Shown one piece after another: positions 11,628-24,200 of a DNA stretch of 64,000 nucleotides. Below the pieces are notes generated by a model that saw only the letters and a program-made list of their open reading frames with translations, did not search any database and was not told the origin of the DNA. Location of the stretch: positions 186,001 to 250,000 of the forward strand of contig NMRA01000166.1 in assembly GCA_002633005.1 (NCBI GenBank), written 5' to 3'. The DNA is from Phoronis australis. Lineage: Eukaryota; Animalia; Phoronida. Position numbers and translations under genes: made by a program. Numbering within the stretch: position 1 is the stretch's first letter; each line of letters starts with the position of its first letter.

Positions 11628-14600
11628 TAAGTTCTTATTGTTTCTGCCTCTTGATTTTGAGCCTAACTTTTTTTACTTTTTTGGTATCTGGGTACAAAGG
11701 CCCACTGCAGAATCTGACATAGTTATTTTCATGTCCTTTAGGGTTGAAATTCAGCGCTGTTAAAGGGCAAAATATCTCTGGTTTTGCCTAGGTTGGCCGA
11801 AGACTCTCAAAAATGCTTTAACGAAGTTGTTTTGTTTTAAACATGTTAAAAATTTTCATCTTCTTGATTTTGCTTCAAGTTTCAAAAGTTAGAAGCGAAA
11901 GTATGTTTGGGAGACTAAAATTTAAATGCGAACCCAGGCCTCGTGTAAGTAACGATGATATTTTCATAGGTAGTAAACAGCGTAAATTGGTAGTAAACAG
12001 CGTAAGTGAAGTACACATGGTTATAGGGAGTGAACAGTGATATTCCTTGTTGACAGGTTTGATGCAATAATTACTGCTTTAGGTACCAGTAATCAGCAAA
12101 GCACTAAGCTCATGTCACCAGCATGCTGTGAGCAATTGCTCTCTTGACCTGAAAAAATCCCAACAAGGGTCATGATCCAACTCTCATGTGAACTATTCAG
12201 GTTTTAATGTTAACTGGCCCCTGGCATTAACTTAGGGTGTAAAGTAAAACTTGTGGACGTGGTCTACAAAACTGATGTCTTTCATCCATGCGCGTCCCAA
12301 GTCAATGTTGCTGTCAAAATGGGTTGAATAACAGTTATTAAGCCAATTTAAAATGTCATGTTGCCCAATTTGCCTTGGGCCCATAAATAAACCAATACTT
12401 GCACTGTCTAATAATAGTTTACAGACAATTTCTGTACACGAGTGCTGTAAGTGTTACAAAAAAGTTTGAGTATCCATCTTCAACACTATTTCCTTATGGT
12501 AAAATCTCACCATTTTCTGACCAAGAATAATATCCAAAATTGATATTTTGAAGGCTCTTACAATTGTTGTAAATGACTACAATTTTTCGAAACATTGTCT
12601 GGAGTTAATATGAATGGTATAGAATTTATTCTCAGCACTAGTGCACTTTGGAGTTTTGTTGTATATTTTGTGGACATACAAACACATAAAGATAAAATCT
12701 GTTCACATACTCATTCAGTTAATTCAGAAACACTCAAAGGAAGTACAATATATAGATGAATTCTAAAGTGCCTAAGATTAGTTCCATTTATGCTAATGCA
12801 TGCGTCACAGCCAGGTGTGTCCTGCTTTATATTCTAAGAATGGTGGTGTTAGACAAAAGGCATTTTGGGTGACCTTTTTGACTTTTGACATGACATTATT
12901 AACATCCATATTTCGACTGTAGCCGTTACGCTCTTTCTTCTTTTCTGTTGGGCCAAAAACAAAAAGTGTTTTGCATATCCAAATTAGTTGAGTGAGTTAA
13001 ATTATTGTCTTTATTGTCTGATTTGGACAGAATATGAATTTATGAACTTAACTGACTTATTCTTATGGAAATTTTTCACTTGATATCCTTGAAAGAAGTG
13101 AAGTGTGCGAGTGTTAGCATGTGCGAGTGTTAGCGTGTGCGAGTGTTAGCTTGTGCAAGTGTGATCAGGAAACTCATTTACGGTGATAGAGGCACATAGT
13201 AACCGAACTAAGTGGAATAAAGTAATTATAGTGCCATTTACACTTAAAAAGTTGACATGGATCAGCTGACACGGAACAAGTTGTTCCAGTGTGTAAACGT
13301 ACTGACACTGAGTATATTGACACCGCGGTGACAAATTTTTGCCACCGGCTTGTGAGGTAAAGCAATTTGCGCCCGAACATCTTGCGCCATGTCAATTATA
13401 AGTCCAAACGCGAAACTGGAGCAAGGTGGAAAGGATCATCTCTACTGCGCTTGTGCAATGACCTACATACGGGTTCTTTGTCTCTGCAACTCTCGTCATC
13501 TGTAAATCTGCGCATGTGCGATCCAGGCTCTACAGCCTTTAATTTCTGTCTTGCCACGGTTAGTGGGTTGTGTGTGTAAACGGCCTCTTGACACGGGTCA
13601 ATTAGCTCGGTGTTAGTTGCGCCGGGCCCAAAGTTGATGTCTAAACGGGACTGTTGCCCTGGTCGCACACTGGCCAGGATCACTCACTGGTGTTTACTGA
13701 CAGTTTGGGTTGGCCAGAAAACTAATGGTGTTTACCCTACTTTCAAGGCACTGAGACAGCTTATCTAGCTTACTGCTAGCTTTTCACCAGTCCACTCAGG
13801 TGAACCTAGTATTAGGCTTTTTGCTATAAGGATGACGTAGATAATCCTTATGTTGACAGATGGGATTTAAATCTCAAATCAGCAGGTTTGGTCTTTTTAT
13901 GTTTTTTCACTCAAACAACATCGAGACACTGATGTTTTGAAGAGTGGCATCTGATCAACTTCAAAGTATAATGTTATATAACTACAAAGACTCATCACAG
14001 TGAGAATGCTTTACTTGGTTTCATTGTATTTGTCACCAGGGGTCTCTGTTAACTTCAGTTCCATGCCATGCCACTTATAAATATATACTAATCCCTGGTA
14101 TTCCTGGCTAGACATTTTTCCATGGTATGTATTTGCTATTTATTCATAGACGGGGTTACATAAGAAGCCAACCAAAAGTCTGGCACCTTTGCTCTGCATT
14201 GACACAATCTTGCTATTTAACACACTCTGTATTTGCTCAATGGAGGTGGAATGCAGAACCAAGATGTTAACTCTGTGCTGGGTCATTTATGTTACTGTCT
14301 ATTGTATGGATAATAAAAACAGGCAAGAACACTTCAGATTATCATGGAAAGTGTCCAAATTTGGCTTGCTTTGGAGCATCATGTCTCAGAAATGGCTGAT
14401 TGAATTCATGGGAAACTTTGCATACTGTGCTTTATGCTCTCCGAAATGCTGATAGGAATTGTTCCTGAAATGTTCCACTTTTGCATGAGGTGCTGTTAAA
14501 AAAATTGGGCTTTTATGCTTTTCGTCAAAAACATCAGAAGTAGCACGAAACAAAAACAAAATGATGATTTAATGAACTGACATATTTTTGAGATTTCATC

Positions 14601-16119
14601 TTGAGCATATTTTCTGAAATTAAATTTGGTTATGTTGTTGTTGTCACCATTGTTTTGCAATCAGTGTACTTCTCTTTCTGACGAATTTCTGTCAAATTCA
14701 CTAAGGTCACGTGACCCAATTTATGGCAGATTGGTATGAAGGCTTTATACATTCAGAAAATCTGTACCAAATTAACATGTATAGTTTTGTGCTATTTGGC
14801 TCATCAAAAAGTCCTACAACCTCTAAGCAAAAATTTTCTAACAAGATAACCAGGGATGTTGTGTATTTATTGTAAGGGTACGTATCTTCAAGAATGTTTG
14901 CCTTTCTCTTTAAACATTCACCTTTCTTGTACATGACACATTTTATGATATTGGTTATCTAGATCTCCACCCCAGTCATCATATAAAAAATGGTATACTG
15001 AACTTCACCCGTGTCACCTAGTGATAACAGATATTAGACAGACTTGCTTGAAGCTGATAGGAAATCTTACTGTTGACTTACTGTTGACTCGAATGTGAAC
15101 ATGCCCAGTGAGAAAATTAAAAGTGCCCATAACTGCAATGTTGGGCATTTAAATTGTGACTGTTGATCAACCAAACGCTTTTAAAAATATGGTCTCAGTC
15201 TGATGTTGGCTGATCAACTTGCAAGAAAAGACTTGTTTCTTTTCAAAATTAAATTTGTTCTGGCATAGAGTGGCAGACTGCTGCTGACTATAGTTTCAGA
15301 AAATGTCAATTTCTGCAGTGCGTACGTTTTAATGCATTGTAAGGAATGCTAACGCAACATGATGCCACCAACGGTGTTCGCAGACTACACTGCAACTCGA
15401 AATTGATGCAGTTTCTGCGTTTGAAAGCACGTCTCACTGTTTTGAAAATCAATTTGGGCTGTTGCTGAGATGGGTGGATGCATAGCCCCTCGGCCATATA
15501 CTATAATGAAACTATAATGAAAAAAATGGTATACAACTACTATCTAATGTGGTCGCCCACCAGGCACTTCTGGAATAACTCAAAGCATGTCAATCTGGGG
15601 GTAATTTACATCACACATTTTATATACCAATGCAATACATTCACTAGTTGCATTTGTTGACACCGAAGTCTTTATACATACTTACAGATTTTCCTAATTC
15701 ATTCGGCAACATTTACGTCAAAGCGTTGTGCCCGAGGTGATCCATTTGCATCAACAAATGCGCAGCGTCATTAGGCCGCTCACAACATCACTAGAACGAT
15801 TACATCAACTAAAACCGTTATCATTATCCCAAATGTAATGTAAATGAGATTTGTTTTGGCTTTGAATCATTCAACTAATGCTCAAGTCAACTAGCTTCTG
15901 GTTGTGTTGCCTGTTATTGGCATTTAGAAAGTAAGTCGTAATAAAAACTGTATAGCTGCATCATTTTTGAAAGAAGATCATACCAGATCTAGCTATTAAA
16001 TCCTTTTTGGCCCTAACAACAGAATAGAAGGGATCTGCAGCTTGATTGTTGTAATTGATCTGATGTTGATCAGTTGCAGACAAGTGGGTTTACCCATATG
16101 TCAAAGTCTCTCTGTAGCC

Positions 16120-17277
16120 TTTTTATGCGCCCTCATATTTATATGTGGACGCATTATGCCGTCATCGCCGTCCGTCCGGCGTCCGCTGCTCTATCTCCAA
16201 AACCCTTTGACATAAGTTAATGAAATTTGGCACATATGTTCCATTCATGAATGAGACGACATGAGCAAACTTTCTGACGGATCCGACCACCGGTGTGCCC
16301 CCTAGTGGCAATTTTAGTTTTGTACGCTTATCTTTGTATCTTCAAAAGTCCTGAACGGATTTTCATGCAGTTTGGTATGTAGGCACCTTTTAGTGAGATG
16401 ACGCTATCCTCCTTTTTTCGGATGGATTCGACGTAGTTTGCGCCACGTAGTGGCCATTTTTACTGTTTTCAAGTCTGTTTTTTTGCGTCTACCCCTCTAT
16501 CAACCAAACCGCTCAAAGGATGATTGTGAAAATTGGCATGTATGTGCTTACTATAAAGAGGACGTTTAACGACGATTTTCCGACGATTTCGACTACTGTG
16601 GCGCCTACTAGTGGCAGTTTTGTTTTTGTTGTGTCTTCAAAGGTCCTCTACAAATTTTCATAAAATTTTTTGACTATAACTGTCAACCCCTTGTATATCA
16701 GATAGGTTCAAAACTAGCGCAGCATCTATTGGTGTGATGACGCTATCTTCCTGCTTTTGGATGGAATCGAGGTATTTTGCACCACCTAGGGGCCATTTTT
16801 TGCTGTTTTCAAATCTTGTTTTTGGTGTCCACCCCTGTATCAACTAAATCATTTGAAAATTGGCGTATATGTTCTCAGTGTGAAGACGACCTTTGATGAT
16901 GGTGACTGACTATTGTGGCGCCTCCTAGTGGTAATTTTGTTTTACGCCCATAGTTATATCTCCTAAACCCACTGCAGGATCTTTACCAAATTTAGTAAGT
17001 GTATTTATATGAAGATAACAACAGACGACGACGACTTTCAGGCGGATCCAACGGACACTGTGCCCACTAGTGGCAATTCCTTTTATTCTGTTTTCCTTTG
17101 TTTCTCTGAAGTTCCTTGACAGATTTTTATGAAATATGGCATGTTCCTGTTTTTGGATGGATTGTATGTTTTTACGCCACCTGGTGGCCATTTTTATGAT
17201 ACAAATAAATAACCCTAAAAGCACACCATTTGCAATGCATTCGTGGGCGCATTTCAACGCTCCGCGTTGCTCTTGTT
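16120..17277 (+). mobile_element. Helentron-associated (DINE-1/HINE-like) non-autonomous element
   Basis: 5' T-run plus subterminal inverted repeat atgcgccc / gggcgcat, (cgtc)-type microsatellite near 16170, central degenerate tandem repeats containing cc.ctagtgg, 3' stem-loop caacgc-tcc-gcgttg followed by ctcttgtt. Confidence 0.75.
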
Positions 17278-17514
17278 ACTTATGCAAGTTGAAACCTTGC
17301 CAATTTAATTTACGATGTGGTATATATTTTTGAAGTGAAAATGGTTAAGTTAATGCATGATTGTAAATGCAAGATCACTCGGCTTGTGGCAAGGTCTGTT
17401 GTTTATCCCACCATTTGATCAACGTATTACCTCGTCTTCCTCCTATGACAAAAGTTGGCTGTTCATTTCTTACCTTGAGATCAGTTTGTAATATTACCTC
17501 ATTTTCTTCTGTAG

Positions 17515-17716
17515 GCCTCCTATGACAAGGAGAAGCAAGGTGGTTGTCCCATGTGCCAACAGTGGTTCATGGTGTGCTACTGCATGGCTGAGCGACGCCT
17601 TTTCAACCTCACAGTGACAACTATTGCCACAGACAGTCCGCCCAGCTACTTCTCAGAACTGAACACCAGTGGTCGCATCCCAGCTGTCCTCGTTAAGTCA
17701 AACCTCATTATAGACA
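17515..17716 (+). CDS. CLIC: CLIC exon 2 (ASYDKEKQGGCPMCQQWFMVCY...RIPAVLVKSNLIID)
   Basis: Acceptor ttctgtag, donor a|gtaagt; GST-N fold with a GxCPxCQ.xFM CLIC motif. Confidence 0.9.
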
Positions 17717-18000
17717 GTAAGTGGCTTTTCTTAAACCATATTCTCCATGATAAAAGAACCGAGGTCATTGATCTTTGTTGTATGACGTTTAACATAAAAA
17801 ATTATTGTTATCTTGTTTCAGGTTATTTTTGTTACCAATGCTTTGCTGTATAGGGCAGTGTTTTTAGATAAAATTCTCTTGTAATTGCTGAACAGAATTT
17901 GGTGTTAGCGAATAAAAATGACAAGTGTGTCTTAGGAATCATGTTGTAGTGCTGTATTGTGTTTCCATGGTGATGACACCACTGGCTCCATCTGTTGCAG

Positions 18001-18143
18001 ACAGCAACTTGGAAGGCATGGTTTACAGTACATATGACGAGATCGAGGGCTTCATGAAGATGTTCCGCATGGCTGAGTTCCAGACAGCTAGAGAGTCGAA
18101 GGGCATTGCTGAGGCTGAGAGTGCTTTCTTAGACTTGAAAAAT
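18001..18143 (+). CDS. CLIC: CLIC exon 3
   Basis: Acceptor gttgcag, phase 1 in and phase 0 out (aat|gtaaga), open frame YSTYDEIEGFMK...FLDLKN. Confidence 0.85.
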
Positions 18144-18197
18144 GTAAGATTAGCCTAGTGCAATGTTCTTATTAAGCTTGTGAGCTGTTTGACACTG

Positions 18198-18970
18198 CAG
18201 TGGTGTACCTTGAGGGGTGCCAAAGGGGCCATGGCCCTCCATAAATTTCTACTCACAAGGTGGTGACTGCTGAGGTTTAAAAAAGCCACATGTTGGTGGT
18301 CAAGATAGTTATTGCAAAATCCCCCGTTTTCTTTTACAAGTCTTGGTGTCTTCAAGCTTTTAAGCCAAGAACCCACATTCATAAAAACATAACTGCCTAT
18401 AGTACGGATTGTCTGTATTTTTATGAAGTTTTATTGAAATTACAGAACACCAGATTTGTTGGTTTTAGATAGGTCCTGAGAGTTTCGTTGTGATGAAGTT
18501 TGAATGTAGAATTAGTTGGTTGCATTGGCGGCAACAATTTTCACGTGTGTCACTCTCTCTGACAAACTGGGATTTCAAGAAAACAAGTACGTTACTATAA
18601 ATATCCAAGTATTATTTTAGTACTTACGTGAACTCTCGTTTCTGTGCAAGTTTATTTCTAAATCAGTACTTAAAAGACAGTCTCCTGTCTCATGAAAACA
18701 TTTTCCACACCCTGAGTATACATATATAGTGCATCGCTAACATTTCAAGTCTGGTCAGCACGCCACCTGTTGGCCACATCATGTGACCTAATGAATATAA
18801 GTATGAAAGTCTGAAAGATTTCTGCCTAACTGACCAGACTTAAAAATACTTGCGATCTACATTTCCACTCTGGTTTAAGATTACCTATTCATGTACATAG
18901 TACATATACACATCAGTGATCTTGCGATCTTGCCCCCCCCTGCCAACTCAAATTCTTGGATATGCCCCTG
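18198..18970. mobile_element. Non-autonomous DNA transposon with 5-bp TSD in CLIC intron 3
   Basis: Termini cagtggtgtacc / ggatatgcccctg, CACTG duplicated at 18193-18197 and 18971-18975. Confidence 0.7.
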
Positions 18971-19597
18971 CACTGTGGTTGTGCATGGGTTCCTTCAAAG
19001 TTTTGATTGTGACACAAAATCATTGGCTTCACGAGAAAGTGGTTAACAGTGGGCTGTGTTGTGTATCTCCGGGCTCTCAAAATTGAACAAAACTAATGCT
19101 TGACATTTTCCGTTTTGGAAGGCTTGCTACAAGACTACACTCACATGTTGTGAATTTCACCTTTTCACCTGGTGTTGGTTACTAATAGTTATGTTTTCCA
19201 AGAAATGATTTCACTATGCCAATGTTGGGACTTAAATAGAAGCTTTATCTTAATGTCTTTTGTTAGTGATTTATAACAATACAACCATCAGGGAAATCAA
19301 TAGTATGAGAGGTTTCCTTCTAGCTATGTAGCAAGCTGTAATTTCATTCACATCCACTATTGTTCTTGTAATAAGTTATTCCATCTTTTTTTAATTTCAT
19401 CATTTTTTATGAAGTCACAGTTACATTCCCATTTTAAGATTCCTTATTGAATTGCCACAGAAGTGATGTTGTGAAGTTCTGATGTTTTCTTTGTATCCAC
19501 GAACATATAAACTGGTTGTCGCTGACTTCAATCGGGTCATTGCGCTAGATGTCATGTTTTGGTGTCTGATCTTTGATGAAAACCCTTTCTTTTGCAG

Positions 19598-19786
19598 AAC
19601 TTAAATGTGCTATTAATGTCCGGTAAGCCGGGTCGCCTGGCAAAGACATTGCATAAAATTGATGCGTGGATTGGCAAAGAGTGGGCGGAGCAGGGGACTC
19701 ATTACAAGTTCCCACTTGCTGATGAATTGACCTACGCTGATGTCCAGCTCATACCTAAGCTGCAACATGTGCGAGTTGCCGGAAAG
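19598..19786 (+). CDS. CLIC: CLIC exon 4
   Basis: FPLADELTYADVQLIPKLQHVRVAGK matches the invertebrate CLIC GST-C motif (D.xL.P.LQH.RVAGK); tttgcag acceptor, aag|gtaggt donor. Confidence 0.92.
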
Positions 19787-20689
19787 GTAGGTATTATAAT
19801 GATTACGAAGTATGTTCCTATTGCTTTAAGGAAAATGTTCAGATTCTACCAAAAAGATGATATTTTCCTTTAATTGAATTGAAGTGTACACAAGCGTTTG
19901 TGTTGTCTTTCCTGACTTTGTCTTTGTAGGATCCTTTCTACAAGTCTGTATGTGTAGCTTAATATCTACAAAACTAAAGAATTGAGCTTGACAGCAAAAG
20001 CCTATATTTTCTGAAATTCCGTAGAATTTGATTTGTGACTTTATCATATCACTTGACCTTGATTTTTATGTAAATCTATCAAAAAGGAAAGGTACCTTCA
20101 TAGCAAAACAACAGGATTAATTAATCTTAAAAACGTTGTTACAATTTTTCAAAATTATCACTCCGTTTTTGTTTTATGCAATTTTCTCATAGAAATCGCA
20201 CAAGTCATAGTTTTGATAGCCCCTCATGCAGAAGTGGAATGTGTTAAAAACAATTCCAAATAGCGTTTTGGAGAACAGTGTGTAAAGTGTAATATCTGAA
20301 AGTTTGATATGATTCCAATCAGCCATGTCTGAGATACAACGTTGGCCAAAATTGGGACATTTTTCTAAGGTCTTGCATAACCTTAATTGTGCTCAACCTA
20401 GAGTTGCTTACACTAAAAGCTAGTTCATGTGCATGATTAAGAGCTAATTAGAACACCAGTTGCTTCACTCGGTAGTAGATGATATCTCATGCTGCCTTGT
20501 ACCTCACTGGTGACTAGCGTTTGTGAAGATGCCTATATATGGAGGGATGACTATGGTTTAAAGTGTGCGATATTAGGCCATTCTATGTGTTTTGTGATAT
20601 AAATGCTGTATAATCTTTGAAGTTATTCAGTTAGTCTTACTGTTGTTCAAGCACCGCATATTTGGAAGTTTTGTGTCATTGCCTTACAG

Positions 20690-21229
20690 TTCTTCAACGA
20701 TTTCGAAATAGACCAGTCTCTGAAGAACGTGTGGCGGTACCTGAGCAGCGTGTACCAGACAAAGGTGTTCAAGGAAACGTGTCCGTCTGACCAGAGCATC
20801 ATAAAGTTCTACCAGGACAAAGTGACTGACGGTGTAGCAAAGACGATCAAGGTCAGCCGACAGGAAGCCACTTACACGGCCACAGTCCCAAGTGGATATC
20901 TGGAAGACTTCGCTAACAATCCACCAAGTGAAGTGAATGGAGACGAAAAGGAGGAGATACCAGAGGTGGCGAATGAGCCAACACCTGAGGCCGCTAGTGA
21001 AGTATCAGAACCAGAGCCGACACCCGAAGTATCTGATGAGCCAAAAGATGCAGAACAGGCACCAGAGGTAGCTGATGAGCCAACAGGTGCGGATGAGTCC
21101 ACTCCAGCTGTGGAAGAAACTCCAGCGTCGACTACGGAGGAGACAACAAATATGGAACAACAGGATGCTAATGGCTCTGAGGACACAACGGTAAAGAGTG
21201 AGGAAAATACAGGGAATGAAACATCGTGA
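20690..21229 (+). CDS. CLIC: CLIC exon 5 with acidic C-terminal extension
   Basis: FFNDFEIDQSLKNVWRYLSSVYQTKVFKETCPSDQSIIKFY is the CLIC C-terminus (WRYL...F..TCP.D..I..Y). The frame stays open ~125 more E/P/T-rich residues to TGA at 21227-21229. Confidence 0.9.
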   Translation, partial: FFNDFEIDQSLKNVWRYLSSVYQTKVFKETCPSDQSIIKFYQDKVTDGVAKTIKVSRQEATYTATVPSGYLEDFANNPPSEVNGDEKEEIPEVANEPTPEAASEVSEPEPTPEVSDEPKDAEQAPEVADEPTGADESTPAVEETPASTTEETTNMEQQDANGSEDTTVKSEENTGNETS

Positions 21230-24200
21230 GGAGTTGAATATGAGTTAGCAGAGGGAACTATTCTAGTTTCCAGATTTGATGCACTTGTGTATAGTTTTAG
21301 TAGAGTGATGAAATTTACATCACCCGATGACTGTTACATACATAAAGACTCTCTAACCTCTTGATGCAAAATGTTGATAGAGTTACGCAAAGTTTTGGAC
21401 ACAGTTATTACAACTGATTTCGTAATCATGTTTACTTGGTTAGCTGTACTGTCTCTGCATAATTTTGTTATTTATAGGTGATGCTGTTTGCAAACATGTT
21501 TTAGTTGCTAATTGAGTTCAAAGACAGACAAATCAAACTCGTACATCTTGTCTTTACTGCCTCTCCTCAGTTCTTTGGCATTGTGGGAGATAATCATCGG
21601 GTCCCATAACACGTGAAGAGAAGACTGGCGATAAGTCAAATGTGAAGCTTTGTTTCTCTTTTTGTCTCTGCAGTCCATCAGGTCAATGTGAACAGCTATT
21701 CAAACAATTTTAACTCTTTAGAATCTTAAGATACAGCCACAAATTGTAAATTTCATGTAGTTGATGCTCATGTTACTCACAACCTCAACGTTATTAATAT
21801 GCCATATTAATATTGAGTTGTTATTTGTCTGGGATGCCTTTTAGTATTGAAAATGTGTTATACCAAGTAGAGCAATAAGTTGGACAAAATTACTTTGTGG
21901 ACACACGCTTTCGCTGAGCCCTTGCAATAGGAGACGATTGTTTGGGTATTTAAATGTTTCAAAGGTATGCATATCTGATGCTGGTGCTAAGTGTTATGTG
22001 TGTACCTATTGTTTCAGATTGTTAACTGAATCTGTCTGTTTCTACCTAGAATATGTCGAAAGGGCAAACATTTGTGGTCAAATGCAATTGTGTTTAGATT
22101 TTTTTAGGGCCCTGTCTCACCAAATTTGTTCTATAGTAATGTTTTCATGAAGTGGGCTAGCGATGGATGGTTACGGTGAGTGTTAACCCTCTGACCTGTG
22201 ACCTTTATAATTAGACGATTCTAATAGTGTCACAGATCATGCCGTGGTCATGTTCAGTTACAGAGTTTTAGGGACATTGCGTATAATTTTCTTAAGTGTA
22301 TTTACTCCTTACCTTAGTTTGTGTCCATGATATTTAATCAGTCTGTCTTCCTTGTTCACAGCACAAAAGAACATATAACTACAGTATAAAAGTTGAAATT
22401 ATTGTAAACCAAATGCTTCATTTGCATATTTAATATCGTAGTTTAGTATCATCTGGCCCACTGATTTTGTGTAGGTGTCCTATGGTTTAGTGAAAACACG
22501 CTCAACTTTTGAATTTGGTTAGTTGGCAGTTGAATAATTAATTAGTTATGATTATTCATACAAGTGCACATAAATTTCACTTTTTGTGTTCTTGACAGAA
22601 TTTTTAGATAACCGTTGAATTGTCTTGATTGTATGTATACTTAATTAAATCAGTTGTGCTTGTTAATCTAGGTCTGGTTTTAGTTTTTATAAGATGGTTT
22701 TAAGCTGCATTTCACCATGTTTAGCTGGCTAAAAAACAAAAATCAAATTGGGCCTTTACTCTTGTAAAACTCAGTCTTGAAATATTGATTACTGTGATAG
22801 GAATCTTTTTCTGTTACCCGGTGTCGAAATCATCAGTTACTCAAGACAACACTTTTTTATATATGGCTGACCTATGTTGAGAATTTGAAAATGGCACCTA
22901 TGACTTTAGTAACTGATATAGAGCCCTATCATTCTATGGAATGTTGAGACCAATTCCATGAGAGTAAAAGTCCCAATTTGATTTTCGTTTTTTTACCCAG
23001 TTAAACGTGGCAAAATTCAATTTTAACACAACAGGTTTCTGGCTGTTTGCAAGATAGTGCTTTTGTGTCAGCATTCGTTCAGGACACACAAACCATTTGA
23101 CTAAATACCAGTAATTTTTTATTTCAACAAGGTGACCACCTAATATTAGTATTCCTAGGGCAAACATAGGTGTGTGATTTGGACAACCAACCATGCGTGT
23201 CAACCTTTCTGCTCTTGCCAGGAACTTTTGTAACTGAAAGAAAACCCGTATTATAGCAGAGATGTGCGGCATGTACCGTTTGAGTGACATACTACGGGAT
23301 CTTATCATGAAGTAACTCCGTTTATACAATCATTTGTGCAGGCCTATGGAGCACGGTCTATGACCAGTGAACTATAATGGTATATTGTAGCAAAATTAGT
23401 GCTGCCCTCGAGTTCCAGTAGTAACAAAACAGTGGAGTGGATTGTCAACAAAGGCATAGCACTAAAAAGGACAAAAAAATACCAAATGTGTAGATTAAAC
23501 GTTTTGCCATGTGCGTGCATGGCGAACATGGGTTGGAAAGAGCACGTTTGACTTTTATGGGGGCATACTTGGCGAGATAAGCTTAGTAGGTGCAGAATTA
23601 AGTACACTAGCACTGCAACATGTACTGAACACACTACAGCTGAGCCAAATGACACATAGTAAATAGCAAAGTATTTCAGGTGTTTTTAAATGCTAAAGAG
23701 ACTGGCCTTAATTTTAATGACTGTCTGACAGACAACAGTGAGAATTTGTGATTTGAAATAAAATCACAAAAACATGCATTTTGTTGCTTTATAAAGCTAA
23801 TAACTTCCAATAAGTATATTCCTTCCTACAATAACCCCAATATGGCTTTTTTCAGCTGTAAAATGATTATTTCTTTCTAAACTGTGTAGAAAGAAATGAT
23901 TGGTGACCTAGTGATATAGTTGTTGTGTAAGAAGTATATACCAACGCAGGGTGTGGTACAAAAACTGGTGATGAGCAAGGGTGGGTGTGAATTATCAGTA
24001 CTGGCAATTGGGTACGGCTTGCAGAATCCGCTCGCCTCTTAATTTGAAAATGCAAGTTGGTTTTGCATCTCCGTACACGTGTTTGATCAGTGTGTTCTAG
24101 CACCTTTTGGCTGTTTCTCTCAAGTATTGACCAAGAAAGTTTTTTAATGTGCACTATTTCACCAAATTCTAAATTGAATGGTTTCTAAATCTGAAAAAGT

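Noticed and set aside
13150-13720. GC-richer block with gtgtaaac motifs suggestive of a Harbinger-type MITE
   Set aside because: Could not define matching TIRs or a TSD by eye; the overlapping ORFs have no recognisable protein features.
20872-21186. 104-aa Ser/Gly-rich minus-strand ORF
   Set aside because: Antisense shadow of the acidic CLIC tail.
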